Under the pieces are notes generated by a model. That model had not been told where the DNA came from, did no database searches, and saw nothing but the letters and a program-made list of their open reading frames with translations. The translations under genes were made by a program, and so were the position numbers. Shown in pieces: positions 38,076-51,347 of a DNA stretch of 64,000 bases. This stretch comes from Chiloscyllium plagiosum (Eukaryota), in the NCBI RefSeq assembly GCF_004010195.1, contig NC_057718.1, positions 100,197,578 through 100,261,577 on the forward strand, in the 5' to 3' direction. Each line of letters begins with the position of its first letter. The first letter of the stretch is position 1.

Positions 38076-38289
38076 TANNNNNNNNNNNNNNNNNNNNNNN
38101 NNNNNNNNNNNNNNNNNNNNNNNNNNNNNNNNNNNNNNNNNNNNNNNNNNNNNNNNNNNNNNNNNNNNNNNNNNNNNNNNNNNNNNNNNNNNNNNNNNNN
38201 NNNNNNNNNNNNNNNNNNNNNNNNNNNNNNNNNNNNNNNNNNNNNNNNNNNNNNNNNNNNNNNNNNNNNNNNNNNNNNNNNNNNNNNNN

Positions 38290-39058
38290 CCCTTAAAACC
38301 CTTCCTATTCATATACCCATCCAAATGCCTCTTAAATGTTGAAATTGTACCAGCCTCCACCACATCCTATGGCAGCTCATTCCATACACGTACCACCATC
38401 TGCGTGAAAAAGCTGCCCCTTAGGCCTCTTTTATATTTTTCCACTCTCAAGCTAAACCTATGCCCTCTAGTTCTGGACACCTCGGCCCAGAGAAAAGACT
38501 TTGTCTATTTATCCTATCCATGCCCCTCATAATTTTGTAAACCTCTATAAGGTCACCCCTCAGCCTCCGACGCTCCAGGGAAAACAGCCCCAGCCTGTTC
38601 AGCCTCTCCCTGTAGCTCACATCATCCAACCCTGGCAACATCCTTGAAAATCTTTTCTGAACCCTTTCAGATTTCACAACATCTTTCCGATCGGAAGGAG
38701 ACCAGAATTGCACACAATATTCCAACAGTGGCCTAACCATTGTCCTGTACAGCTGCAACATGACCTCCCAACTCCTGTACTCAATACTCTGACCAATAAA
38801 GGAAAGCATACCAAATGCCTTCTTCACTATCCTAAATACAGGCAACTCCATTTTCAAGGAGCTATGAACCTGCACTCCAAGGTCTCTTTGTTCAGCAACA
38901 CTCCCTAGGACCTTACCATTAAGTATATAAGTCCTGCTAAGATTTGCTTTCCCAAAATGCAACACCTCTGAATTAAACTCCATCTGCCACTTCTCAGCCC
39001 ATTGGCCCATCTGTTCCAGATCCTGTTGTAATCTGAGGTAACCCTCTTCGCTGTCCAC
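38290..39058 (-). mobile_element. CR1/HER1 LINE ORF2 C-terminal part
   Basis: 203-aa ORF LQQDLEQMGQWAEKWQMEFN...RPLLEYCVQFWSP. Confidence 0.9.
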
Positions 39059-39257
39059 GATACAACTTCACATCAAGGTCACTATCAGTAACGTTGATTA
39101 ATTACAGATGTAGTGCATTAGTGTAGATTAAAACCCGTCAGTCTGAGTATTACTAGTATATCCATTAACTAATATCTGTTTAATGTAATATTATGCACTT
39201 CTGCAATAAGTTACAATTGAAGTATTGTTAAATCATGCTCATATAACCAATTAGCAG

Positions 39258-40160
39258 TGTTACGCAAAAAAGTAACACTCTGTTGTTGGATTCTCCTAAA
39301 ATCTAACTAATAAAAATGCCATTCCTTAGCGTCTGGTCTGCAGCCTCCAAGGGTCCCATTAAAGTGTGGATTTGGGAGCTGTGAACCAGAGCTAACTATG
39401 TGGAATTTGTATGATACATGCTCCTGGCATCAATGCAAAGTTTGGAGCAGAGGTGAAATTTAGGACCCTGAACAGCTGTTTGAAACAGCAGTAACTGAAG
39501 TGGTTACAGATGAACAGGAGCCAAGGGGTTCTGTGGACATATACAGCTGGGTGGCAGCAAGACGTTGATTGGTTTGTGGACTAATGGCTGGTTATCAATG
39601 ACAAAAGCCTTTTGCTTGCTAATAACCATCAGTGATCAGATCTCAAGGAATAAAATCAAGAGGTGTGTCTTGATCACCACAAGCATGAGAGCAGTCTGTC
39701 TGTTCTCTGCAGTTAAAACTCATTTTAAATCTGAAAAAAATATTCATCTTTCTTTCAGCAGTGCTAAGTTGTGACTTCTAATTGATAAGTTAGAGACTGT
39801 TTATAAGCAAACCAGTTGACTTGTGCCTACAACAAACCAATGGAAGCATCTAGACAAAGACGACTAACAGCAACAGTCTGACCAGCATAAACACCACTCA
39901 GCAATTCCTGAATAGGAACTGCCTTCCCACTTTTCCTCTGTGCATAACCAATATTTTTCTGTTTCCCTATTTGTTTGTGTGCGTAAGTGGGAATTTATAA
40001 GAGCATTAGAGTTTTAATTTGCGGAGTTATATGCCAATGCCTTATAACTGCTTAAATGCAGCTAGAGTCTAATAACTTATAATAAATTGTTATTCTTGTT
40101 AAGTACAGAAACCTTGTCCATGCTTTCTATCACCCAGGATCTGAAAATCAAGCAAATTTC
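39258..40160 (+). mobile_element. Possible decayed LTR
   Basis: Starts tgttacg; aataaa plus LTR-like 3' portion near 40081; no clear TSD. Confidence 0.3.
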
Positions 40161-40329
40161 TGTGTACAATAAACTCCCTGTTACCTGGAACTCCATTATC
40201 TAAGATTGTCGCACACGCAATTAATGGGAATAGGTTTCCTCTCTCGCTGAATTGATCATTTAGTCACTCTCCTTTGATCAAGCTTCGCTGATAGTATTTA
40301 TGAGCTGTCCTAACCACAACTGGCACATT

Positions 40330-41995
40330 CATAGTTTCATGGTAATAGAAGCAGGAGTAGGGCATTTCACCCATCAAGCCTCCTCCGCCATTCATTAAGA
40401 TCATGGCTGATCTATCCATTGTCTCAGCTCCTCCTACCTGCATTATCCCCATAATCCTTAATTCCCTACCATGCAATCAACTATCCAACTGTGTCTTGAA
40501 TATATTTAATGAAGCTGCCTCTACTGCTTCCTTGGGCAGAGAATTCCATAGTTTCACTACTGTCTGGGAAAAGCAGTTCCTCCTCATCTCTGTCCTAAAT
40601 CTACTCCCCCTAATCTTGAGGCCATGTCTCCTAGTCCTGGTATCACCCACCAGCAGAAACAACTTGCCTGCCTCTACCTTATCTATCGCTTTCATACTTT
40701 TAAATGTTTCTATAAAACCTTCTAAATTCTAGTGAGTACAGTCCCAGGCGCCTCAACCTCTCCTCATAGGGTATCCCCGTCATCTCCGGAATCAACCTGG
40801 TGAACCTCCTCTGCATCGCCTCCAAAACCAGTATATCCTTCCTCAAGTAAGGAGACCAGAACTGCGCACAATACTCCAGGTGCGGCCTCACCAACACCTT
40901 GTACAATTGCAGCAGAACCTCCCTGCTCTTCAATTCAATCCCTCTAGCAATGGAAGCCAATATTCTGTTTGTCTTCCTGATTACCTGTTGCACCTGCAAA
41001 TCAACTTTCAGCGATTCATATTCAAGCACTCCTAAGTCCCTCTGCACAACAGCATGCTGCAACCTTTCACTATTTAAATAATACTCTGACCTACTATTTT
41101 TACTTCCAAAGTGGAAAACCTCACATTTCCCAACATTGTACTCCATCTGCCAGGCCCTTGTCCATTGACTTAACTGATCTAAATCTCTCTGCAGACCCTC
41201 CACATCCTCTGTTTACCTTTCTATTCAATTTAGTGCCATCAGCAAACGTGGATACATTATAATTTGTCTCCTCTTCCAAGTCATTTATATATATCATGAA
41301 CACTTGCGAGCCCAACACCAATCCATGCAGCACCCCGCTCACCACTGATCTCCAACCAGAGAAATACCAATTTATCCCAATTCTTTGCTTTTCTATTGGT
41401 TAACCAGTCCTCTGTCCATGCTAGTACATTCCCTGCAACTCCATGCATTCTTATCTTATGAATGAGTCTTTTATGCAGCACCTTATCAAACCCCTTCTGG
41501 AAATCCAAGTATACAACATCCACCTGTTCCCCTTCACCCACCGCACTTGTTACATCCTCAAAGAACTCCAGTAAGTTTGTCAAACATGACCTTCCCTTCC
41601 TGAATCCAGGCTGAGTCTGCCTAATGGAATCCTTTCCATCCAGATGTCTCACTATTTCTCCTTTAATGATAGCCTCCAGTATTTACCCGACTACAGATGT
41701 TAAGCTAACTGGCCTTTAGTTGCCTGCCTTTTGCCTACACCCCGTTTTAAACAGCGGTGTGATATTTGCTGTCTTCCAATCCACTCGGACCTGCCCGGAG
41801 TCCAGTGAATTTTGGTAAATTACCACTAACGCATCCATTATAACTTCCACCATTTCTTTCAGCACCCTGGGATTCTCTCCATCAGGACCAGGGGACTTAT
41901 CTACCTTTAGACTCTCAAGTTTGCTCAACATTACCCCTTTAGTGATAACAATTAAATTGAGGTCCTCACCTCTCATCGTATCATTAACATAATTC
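40330..41995 (-). mobile_element. CR1 LINE RT region and 3' end
   Basis: KSPGPDG..PRVLKE; GFRKGRSCLTNLLEFF..YLDFQKGFDKV; FADGTKL; VRPHLEYCAQFWSP. Confidence 0.9.
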
Positions 41996-42298
41996 TCTGG
42001 CACTTATGTAACCAAGATCCACCCATACCTAATGCATGCTGGATGCTAGGATGTTGACTGTACTTGTTAAATGCCAGTGCATTGCAGGTTATGGACCCAG
42101 TGCAGATAAATGGGATTAGTGTTTGTAGTGTTTGCTGGTCAACATAGGCATGATGGGCCAAAGGGCCAGTTTCTACGCTGTATGATTCTATGAATACTTC
42201 TTTTAAAATCTTTAACTTTTGGGATGACTTCAGGAATAGTGGGCTTGATTTCCAGTATGTTATCCCAATGAGTCATGACTCCTGGTTACCCAATTGTA

Positions 42299-42383
42299 TC
42301 TGGAGACTGGAACATCTGGATTCCAGAACACCTAGACTCTGTAACGTCTGGACTATGGAATATCTGGACACTGGAACACTCAG
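42299..42383. repeat. 16-bp minisatellite (tctggacactggaaca), about 5 copies, continuing at ~42752
   Basis: Visible directly; interrupted by SINE B. Confidence 0.7.
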
Positions 42384-42941
42384 AAGGAAAACGATGGTCT
42401 AGTGCTATTATCACTAGACTATTAATCTAGAGACCCAGGTAATGTCCCAGAGACCTGTGTTCAAATCCTGACACAGCAAATGGTGAAATTTGAATCCGAT
42501 TTTTAAAAAGAATCAGCAATTAGGAGTCTAATGATGGCTATGCATCCATTGTCGATTGTTGGAAAAACCCATCTGGTTCAATAATGTCCTTTACGCAAGG
42601 AAACTACCACCCTTAACTGGGCTGGCTTACATGTGACTCCAGGCCCACAGCAATTTGATTGATTCTTTAACTGCTGTCTGGGCATTTAGGTTTGGACAAT
42701 AAATGCTGGCCTGATCAGCAATGAACTCATCCCTTGAATGAATGAAAAAACACCTGGACAGTGGAACATCTGGAAAGGTTGAAGGCAGTGGTTTCTATTT
42801 GGCAGGCTTTTGATCAATCATGAGAAATTGTGGCTTGAGTTTCTCCTACCTCTATCCAATCCCCAAAAAAACAGTTTACTCATAAAAACAGGCTGATCAG
42901 GAAATACAATCATTTACTGTAAATTTAGAAGAGGAATAGAC

Positions 42942-43150
42942 CTCATTTCTCTCTTGGATTTCTTCTACATTTCCTGAAACTGAGTTGGTTTCCAAACTCG
43001 TTGATGAGTCTGATCAAGAGAGAGGGGAATGAAGTTTCCTGAAGAAGATCAAAGATGGTGCAGTGTTTCAGGTGTCACTCCTTCATTCCATCTTTCCCGA
43101 CGGAATTCAACCCAGATCCAAGGGAAGTGACCTTGCTGAAGAGCTCCAAA
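42942..43150 (-). pseudogene. Pseudo-exon G
   Basis: Acceptor tttctgtatttaattag|T completes the Gly codon from exon F. Reads LELFSKVTSLGSGLNSVGKDGMKE*HLKHCTIFDLLQETSFPSLLIRLINEFGNQL, then a frameshift; donor weak (gtctat). Confidence 0.7.
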
Positions 43151-45080
43151 CTAATTAAATACAGAAACCTCAATCAATCACAGAACCATGGAATGATTCT
43201 TCCAGGTCCAGTCATGTACAGCATGTTAATGAAGCATAGAACACATAGAGCACAGCATAGAATAGCAAATCTGGTAGACAAAGTTTTTATTGTTATAACT
43301 GTTGGCCTAGAGATTTGACAATGGTGTAGAAAAATATTTGGTGAGACCATGGAACTCACAGCATAGGGAGTGGTCTAAGCAAGTGGCACAGATGTAGATG
43401 CCAGGTAGCACAACAAACTTTGAGAGACAAAGCAATAAAAGGTTACAATGATAGGTTTAGAGAAAGATAGATGGTAGGAAACCTTGATAGGAGTTTGAAC
43501 TCCGGCAGTGACTGGAGAGGCTGAATGGCCTGTTTCTGTGCTCTATACGCATGTAGTCTGAATTTAGAGATATAGGAATCTATCTAAGTCAGAAGAAGTG
43601 TCCACTCTTGAAAAAAGAGTTGGCACACTGTAAAACTGTATCTATTTGGGGCATCTTTCATCACATTGGATTGCTCTCCTCTCTTCTGATTGCTTATCTC
43701 CATCTCTTGCCCCTTTTTCTCCTCACCTCTACACCAATCCCTTACATACTGCCCTTCCAATTCTAATGCATCTGATAGGAAGGGTAGACCCGCCTCGGAG
43801 GGAGGGTACAGTAAGTTTACTAGAATGATAACAAGATACCCTAAGAGTTAAATTACAAGCAGAAACGACACAAACTAAGGTTATATTTCTTCATCGGTTT
43901 GATTAAAGTTTTCACGATATTAAGGGAAACAGATAGTGTGTTATTCCAGTGAGTCATGACTCCTGGTTACCTAATTGTACCTGGATACTGGACCATCTGG
44001 ATTCCAATTTCAATGTTTAATGAGACTAGGACTAAGGGCCAGAGTCTAAAAATGAAAGCCAGATCTTTCCAAAACAAAATTAGGAAATGTTTCTATGTTT
44101 AAAAGATGGTGAATATTTTGAATGCCTCTGCAAATGGCAATTTATTCTACATGAATTGTTAATTTCAAATTTGGGATGAATCAGTTTGTGTTAACCAAAG
44201 GTATTAAAAGATGGAGTTCATTAGCAGCTACGTGCAACTCAATCATAATCATAAAGGGCGGCACGATGGCACTATGGGTGGCACAGTGGTTGGCAATGCT
44301 GCCTCACAGCGCCAGAGACCCGGGTTCAATTCCCGCCTCAGGCGACTGACTGTGTGGAGTTTGCACATTCTCCCTGTGTCTGCGTGGGTTTCCTCCGGGT
44401 GCTCCAGTTTCCTCCCACAGTCTAAAAACGTGCAGGTTCGGTGAATTGGCCATGCTAAATTGTCCGTAGTGTTAGGCGAAGGGGTAAATGTAGGGGAATG
44501 GGTGTAGGGGGGTTGCGCTTTGGCGGATCGGTGTGGACTTGTTGGGCTGAAGGGCCTGTTTCCACACTGTAAGTAATCTAATCTAATCTAATCTAATCAT
44601 TGAAGGACAGAACAGGCTTTAGGGGTTGAATGGCCTCCTCCAATTCCAACGGAACACCAGTGAGGGCCCCAGCGATGTCATGCATCTTATTGGTCTGAAG
44701 TAAATGAAGATCTACAGTTTTCTCATTTATATTAAGAAGGACTTTAATGTTAACTATTACCTTATTTCTTTATTTTTCGACTTATTCTGTAAAGGTCTGT
44801 AATGCTTAAGTTACTAACTTTGTACCTTTTACTACTTTGTACCTGAGTGTTTTTGTACCTAGATATGTTTGTACTTATGTTAGTGCCTTGTGTGGTGGCA
44901 CTGTACACTTTTCACTGTACTCTTGTACTTGAGTACAAGTGACAATAAAATCTAAATCTATTTTTTTCTTAAAAGGGCGAGATGGTATTGTTGCGATAAT
45001 GCCACTGGGCTAATGAATCCAGGGCTGAAAATGTGTTGCTGGAAAAGCGCAGCAGGTCAGGCAGCATCCAGGGAACAGGA

Positions 45081-45117
45081 GAATCGACGTTTCGGGCATA
45101 AGCCCTTCTTCAGGAAT
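45081..45117 (-). ncRNA. Minimal type I hammerhead ribozyme motif (PLE)
   Basis: attc-CTGAAGA-agggc-ttat-gccc-GAAA-cg-TC-gatt. Confidence 0.75.
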
Positions 45118-45829
45118 GGGGAAAGTGTGTCCAGCAGGCTAAGATAAAAGGTAGGGAGGAGGGACTTGGGGGAGGGGCGTCGGAAATGCCCTCGACTTGA
45201 TTTAAATTAGACATTTTCAAGTTCTGAGTGACAGGATTAAAATGCATTTTCTAATGTCTGGTTGCAGCCTGGTAAAAAAAAATGTAATGGGCCAAACTTT
45301 ACTGTAAATGACAACTGAATACCACCTGCCAAGAGTCAGACTTCTTTTTCCTATTTAATCTCCAGAATACTTTGCACATTAAATTGCTTTGGCTGGGAGG
45401 CGGAAACAGCACAGATCCTTTAGCTGAGTATCTGTGTGAACAGGGCAAGTAACTCTGTTTCTCCTTATCCAATGAGATTTAATGAATATAACCTGTAGAG
45501 TTGTGTGTGGTAGTGGGTAATATCGCTAATCATGGAACTTCTCAGAAACCCCGGGTTCACGTCCCACTTCAGGAGATGACAACCACACAAAAAAAAAGAG
45601 TTCAAAGCATGTCAACCAGATTGCTTATGAGCCAGTAAATACTTCTGATATGCTTGATGGTCAGTAGTTAGAGCAGGCCTGGTCCTGTTTCTTGATCAGC
45701 CATCCTGCAAAAAGCAATAACAAACCATTGCAGTACTTTGCCAAGTCCATCATTGCCAATGTCCACTTAGTGTTTGGTACCTGAACAGAGACAGAGAAAA
45801 AGACTCTGCACCAGACGTGTGAGAACATT

Positions 45830-48320
45830 GAAACAGAAGCAGCAGCAGATCCTACATCTCGTCGAGTCTACTCAAAAACTCAGTACAATCAAAGGAACAA
45901 AATAAGTTATTCAGCGTGTCGAACACACCCCACTATTCAATATGATTATGGCTAATCGAATACTTTAACGTCTTTTAACTAGGCCATTCCCATAATGCTT
46001 TATGTCACTGGTGACCAGAAAGCTAACAATCTCTGCCTTGAACATATTCAACAACTGAGCTTCCCCAGCAGTCTGTGGTAGAGAATCTCAATGATTCACA
46101 ACACTTTGAGCGAAAAAAAACTCCTCATCTTGAACCTTGGAGGCATCCCTCTTATTTTTAAATTGTGCCCCCGGTTCTAGAGGGGAAACATCTTACCTGC
46201 ATCCACCGTACCTGTCCCCTGTCATATTTTGTAAGTTTCAATGAGATGACCTTTCATTCTTCGAAACTCTAGACAGTACAGGCCCAGTTGTCCAATCTCT
46301 CTTCACAGAACTATCATCCCAGAAGCAAGTTTGGTGAACATTCACTGCACTCCCTCTATGGTAATAATATCTTTCCCAAGATATGAAATCAAAATTGCAC
46401 ACAATATTCCAGGTTTGGTCTCACCAAGCTCCTATAATTAAAGCAAGATTTCACTAGTCCTGTACTGAAATCCTCTTGCAATAAAGGCAAACATTCCATT
46501 CGTCTTCCTAATAGCTTGCTGCATCTGCATGTTAGCCTTCAAAAACTTATTGTACATCAGCTGTTTCCAACTCTCACTATTTAAGAAATACTCTGTAAAT
46601 CTGTTTCTCCTACCAAATGGCCTCACATATTTCCACATTACATTCCTTCTGCCGTGTTCTTGCCCATTCACTAAGCCAGTCCCAAAACCGCTTTATGTTT
46701 TCCTCACAATACACGTTCCCACTTAGCTTTGCATCATCTGTAAATTTGTAAATGTTGCTTTTGATATACATTGTAAACATCTGGGGTCCCAAATACTGAA
46801 CCTTGCAGTATCCCACTTGTCACAGATTGCCAATGTGAGGAAGATCTTTTTATTTCTACACTCTGTTTCCTGATCATTTGCTAATCATTAATCCATGTCA
46901 TTACATTACCTCCTTTCTGATGTGCTTTAATTTGTCGAACCAGTATCCTGTGGAGGACTTTACCAAAAGCTGTCTGAGAATCTAAGTGTACTGCATCACT
47001 GGCTCTCTTAATCAATTTTGTTGGTAAAATCATCAAACATCCTCACCAACGTCATCAAACACTATTTCCCATTCACAAATCCATGTTGACAATGTGCAAT
47101 GCAGCTGAGTTGGAGATGGTCAAGAGCATCAAGTACCTTGGAGTGACAGTCATTAGCAATCTGTCCTGGAGTACCCACGTCAAAAAGACACAACAACGTT
47201 GCTTCTTTCTCAGAAATCTAAGGAAATTCAGCATGTCTGTCAGGACTCTCATCAACTTCTAAAGATGCACCATAGAAAGCACTCTATGTAGATGCATCAT
47301 GGCCTGGTATGGCAACTGCTCTGCCCTGGACTGTAAGAAACTACAGCAAGCTCCGGACAGAGCTTTGTCCATCACACAAGCCAACCTTCCATCCGCTGCC
47401 TCCATCTACATTTCTCAATGCCTCAGAAAGGCTGCCAACACTAAAGAATCCTCCTACCCAGTTATAATCTTTTCCAAACTCATTTGTCAGGCAGAAGATA
47501 CAAAAGCTTAAATGCACATACCAACATGTTCAAGAACAGCTTCTTCCCTGTTGTTATTAGACTTCTGAATGCACCTCTCAAATTTCAAATGTAATGTTGA
47601 TGTTGCTTTTGTGAACCTACTTTGCAGCGGAAACTTTCTATTCCTTGCTCTATCCACTCATGCTACGATCTTTGTATGTTATGATCTGCCTGCAATATCA
47701 GGTGCAGTAGGCTTTGGGTTAGCATGGTGGCTTAGTGGTTAGCACTGCTGCCTCACAGCACCAGGGACCCAAGCTTGATTCCAGCCTTAAGTGACTGTCT
47801 AATTGGAGCTTGCTCATTCTTCCCATATCTGCGTGGGTTTCCTCCGGATACTCTGATTTCCTCCCACAGTCCAAAGATGTGTAGATTAGGTGGATTACCT
47901 ATGCTAAATGGCCCATAGTGTTCAGTAATGTGCAGGCTGGGTGGATTAGCCATGGGATGTGCAGAGTTACAGAGATAGGGTCTGGATGGGCTGAAGGGCC
48001 TACTTCCACACTGTAGGAATTCTGTGATACTATATTGCATGCATAACAAAGCGTTTCACTGTACCTAGGTACATCTCAACAATAAATCAAGTCAATCAGA
48101 TCATTATTAACCAGAAGTCTATTTATTCACTCCTTGATAATAGATTCTAGCATTTGCAATGGAGTCACATTTGCTAACTTCCAGTCTTCAGGAATCATTC
48201 CAGAATCTATGGAATTTTGCAAGATAATCATCAATGCATTGACTATCTCTATAGTGATATCCTTCAAAACTCTGGGATGTAGTCCATCAGGATTTATCAA
48301 CTTTCAGCTCCATTACTTAC
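45830..48320 (-). mobile_element. Old CR1 LINE fragment with a nested Rex/Babar piece (47085-48100, +) and HE1 SINE
   Basis: AIRKTNGMFAFIARGFQYR; KFTDDAKL; Rex-type AWYGNCSALDCKKLQ. Confidence 0.75.
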
Positions 48321-48690
48321 AGTTATAGAGTCATAGTGATGTACAGCATGGAAACAGACCCTTCGGTCCAATCCGTCCATGCTGACCAGATATCCCAACC
48401 CAATCTAGTCCCACCTGCCAGCACCCGGCCCATATCCATACTTCTTCCAGTACAATCAAAGAATTATCAAATCCCTACAGTGTGAAAACAGGCTATTTGG
48501 CCCATCGAATCTACACTGACCTTCTGAAGAGTTTCCCACCCAATCCCACCCCTCCATCCTATCCCTGTAACCTGCATTTCCCATGGCTAATCCACCTAAC
48601 CTGCACATCCACAGGGGCGGATTTCTGACGCCCCTCCCCCAAGTCCCTCCTCCCTACCTTTTATCTTAGCCTGCTGGACAAACTTTCCTC

Positions 48691-48727
48691 ATTCCTGAAG
48701 AAGGGCTTATGCCCGAAACGTCGATTC
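48691..48727 (+). ncRNA. Minimal type I hammerhead ribozyme motif (PLE)
   Basis: attc-CTGAAGA-agggc-ttat-gccc-GAAA-cg-TC-gatt; near-identical copy at 31122-31158 (one stem III change). Confidence 0.75.
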
Positions 48728-49653
48728 TCCTGTTCCTTGGATGCTGCCTGACCTGCTGCGCTTTTCCAGCAACACATTTTCAGCTCTGATCTCCAGCATC
48801 TGGAGACCTCACTTTTTCCCTAATGAATCCAGGGGCCCAGGCTAACGTCGATTTTGCCTGTCCTCGGATGCTGCCTGAATTGCTGTGCTCTTCCAGCACC
48901 ACTGATCCAGAATAATGCTCTTAAGACACAGGTCCAATTTCCCCAGAACAACTGTTGGGATTAATACATTTGGAATCTGGAAGCCAGTATCAGTAATGGT
49001 GACATCTATTGCTGCTGTTAAAAAAAATCCATCTGGTTCAAGATGGTTAAGGAAGCAAATCTGCTGTCCTTACCTGGTCTGGCCTACAGGTGTCTCTTGA
49101 CTCACAGCAATGTGGTGACTCTTAACAGCTCTCTGAAATGACTATCAAGTAATTCAGTTCTAGGACAACTAGAGATGGGCAATCCAATACAGAATTTTTA
49201 AAAATCAGTTGTGATCAAAGCCTACTCAGTCCAACCTTCCTATCAGTCACAGGGTGTCAGTTGGCTAGATGGTGGATTTGTAATGCAAAGTGATGTGTCC
49301 AGGGTGGATTCAATTCCCATGCTGGCTGAGATTACTCTGATGGACTCCCCTTCTCAACGTTTCCCCTCACCTGAGGTGTGGTGATCATAAGGTTAAACCA
49401 CCACCAGTAGTCTCTCTCTCGCTAATGAGAGAGCAGCCCTCTAGGACTATGTGATTTTACTATCTGCCATTATCCTGTTAAAATAATTCCAGCTGACCTT
49501 GACATGAAACTTTGCTGGGGCCAGCCTTGACTCACTGTAGATTCATTCATAAACTGAAACATTACAATAATATAATTTGTGGCTCACAATGGGTCGAATG
49601 CCGTTTTTATTTGTTTTGTAACAGTTCTTCAATCCTGTAAGTCATATCCTAAC

Positions 49654-49904
49654 CCTAAGTATAGAATAATAAGGCTGTCTTCTACATCCAACTTAAATAT
49701 ATTGAAGCAACAGGAGATGCTGAGTGACATCTGACAACAGTCATCAAGCAGGGAAAGCCGAACTGAGGTCAAACCAAAATCGAAGTCTTCCTCGCGTTGT
49801 CTGCAATGCTTCGCTTGTTGGACATCCTTCCCACAAGCTGTCCTTGCAACCTTACTGAATATAGCTGCTTGCTCTTGAACAATCTTGTAACTGCTATCAT
49901 TTTT
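49654..49904 (-). pseudogene. Pseudo-exon F (251 bp, fully open)
   Basis: Acceptor catttcccaatttcag|, donor AGG|gttagg. 83 open codons KNDSSYKIVQEQAAIFSKVARTACGKDVQQ...DVEDSLIILYL plus GG (phase 2). Confidence 0.75.
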
Positions 49905-50537
49905 CTGAAATTGGGAAATGGGATGCCACCATCTAGTGGATGATTCTCATTCAGATAATTCATTTCATTCCCTTTAGCCGGTTATTGACTAATCTTAAAT
50001 GCTTCCTTAGTTTCAGCAGGAAAAGAGTAAAGCTTAACCATACCTTCACTTGTCATTTTGTACTATTCAGCCTTAATTTCCTTTTGAGTTTTAGCAAAGA
50101 CCATGACAGGAAGACTTCTGCACATTGCTACCAATATTAAAATAAAAGAATTGTGGATTTTGAAGTTGTCAAACTAAAACAGAAATTACTGGAGAACATC
50201 AGCAAGTCTGGCAGCTTTGGAGAGAAAGCAAAGTCAATGCCTTGAGTCCAGTGATCCTTCATCAGAGCTCAGAGTTCAGTCACTCGAATTGAAATGTTCA
50301 CTCTGCTTTCTTCCCCACAGATGCTGAGTTTCACCAGCAATTTCTGTTTTTCTTTGAGAATGCCAGATCTCAATTCACAGTCAATTTCTGTCAATGGTTC
50401 TCAACCTCTGATCTCTAGTCATTAGCGTGTCCAATGCTGGATGGTACAAGGAACCACTTTCTTCCTCATTGACATTTTAAAATCATTTTCCTTTTCTGTA
50501 GTATGTGAGTAAATGTTGTGGTGAATGTTTGCTGTAC

Positions 50538-50573
50538 CTATTGTATTTCTCCCAAATTTGTCCCCACCCTTTC
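50538..50573 (-). pseudogene. Pseudo-exon E (36 bp)
   Basis: Acceptor tgctgttttccag|, donor TAG|gtacag; reads ERVGTNLGEIQ*, phase 0-0. Confidence 0.5.
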
Positions 50574-51159
50574 CTGGAAAACAGCAAATGTCTGTCAGGA
50601 CAGATAGTAACAATCAACATAAATATGTGGACTATCTGTCCCAACAGTGAACGTCATGAGAAGCAGATTATTTGGTTGTTACACTTTCTTAACCACATTA
50701 TAATCTTGGAGGAATAGATGTGTGAAGTTGACACAACCTAGCAGAAAAAAAACCGCATGGAGCCAAGCAGCAAGTTCTCATGAATTTGACTTCCTGTTTA
50801 TGTATTTTATCCTGGACATTGTTATTCAGCCTGTCTCTGTCCCTCAGCCCCTATCTTTCTACAGTTTCTGTTTCCTTTGTTTTGTACTCTTAGCAAATAA
50901 TGTAGAAAGCAGAGGTCCCTGCTCCTGAATATGCACGTACATTTCTGCAAAAATTAGGCCTTGACTTTATCTGTCTCTTATCATGCCTTTCTCTCTCTTT
51001 CACACTGTACCCATCTCTGATTGTGTCACTAGTTTCATATTGCAGTCTGTTCATTGGGAGAGTGAACTGAGCTTTGTGATCTCCAGCCTGATTTTCTTTG
51101 CATAATAACCAACTGCCCATCAACCCATGGCTTTGTAACTCAACACCAGGTAGAACAAG

Positions 51160-51347
51160 AGCACAGCAATTCAGGCAGCATCCGAGGACAGGCAAAATCG
51201 ACGTTTCGGGCAAAAGCCCTTCATCAGGATTCATGCTTTTGCCCGAAACGTCGATTTTGCCTGTCCTCGGATGCTGCCTGAATTGCTGTGCTCTTCCAGC
51301 ACCACTGATCCAGAATCTGGTTTCCAGCATCTGCAGTCATTGTTTTT
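51160..51347. mobile_element. PLE hairpin inserted in pseudo-exon D
   Basis: Inverted arms meet at the hammerhead; perfect 15-bp TSD accaggtagaacaag (51145-51159, 51348-51362). Confidence 0.9.
51196..51231 (-). ncRNA. Minimal type I hammerhead ribozyme motif (PLE), best-paired copy
   Basis: AATC-CTGATGA-agggc-tttt-gccc-GAAA-cg-TC-GATT: perfect 4-bp stem I, 4-bp stem II, palindromic ACGT stem III. Confidence 0.8.

Larger units (their letters stand above)
45025..48819. mobile_element. PLE inverted arms enclosing 3.4 kb of cargo, 15-bp TSD
   Basis: Arms 45025-45187 and 48621-48783 are inverted copies (4 differences in 163 bp). TSD ctaatgaatccaggg at 45010-45024 and 48820-48834, inside a split SINE B. 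Confidence 0.85.

Noticed and set aside
42299..42383. CRISPR-like array
   Set aside because: Degenerate tandem 16-mers without spacers in a vertebrate genome; no cas genes.
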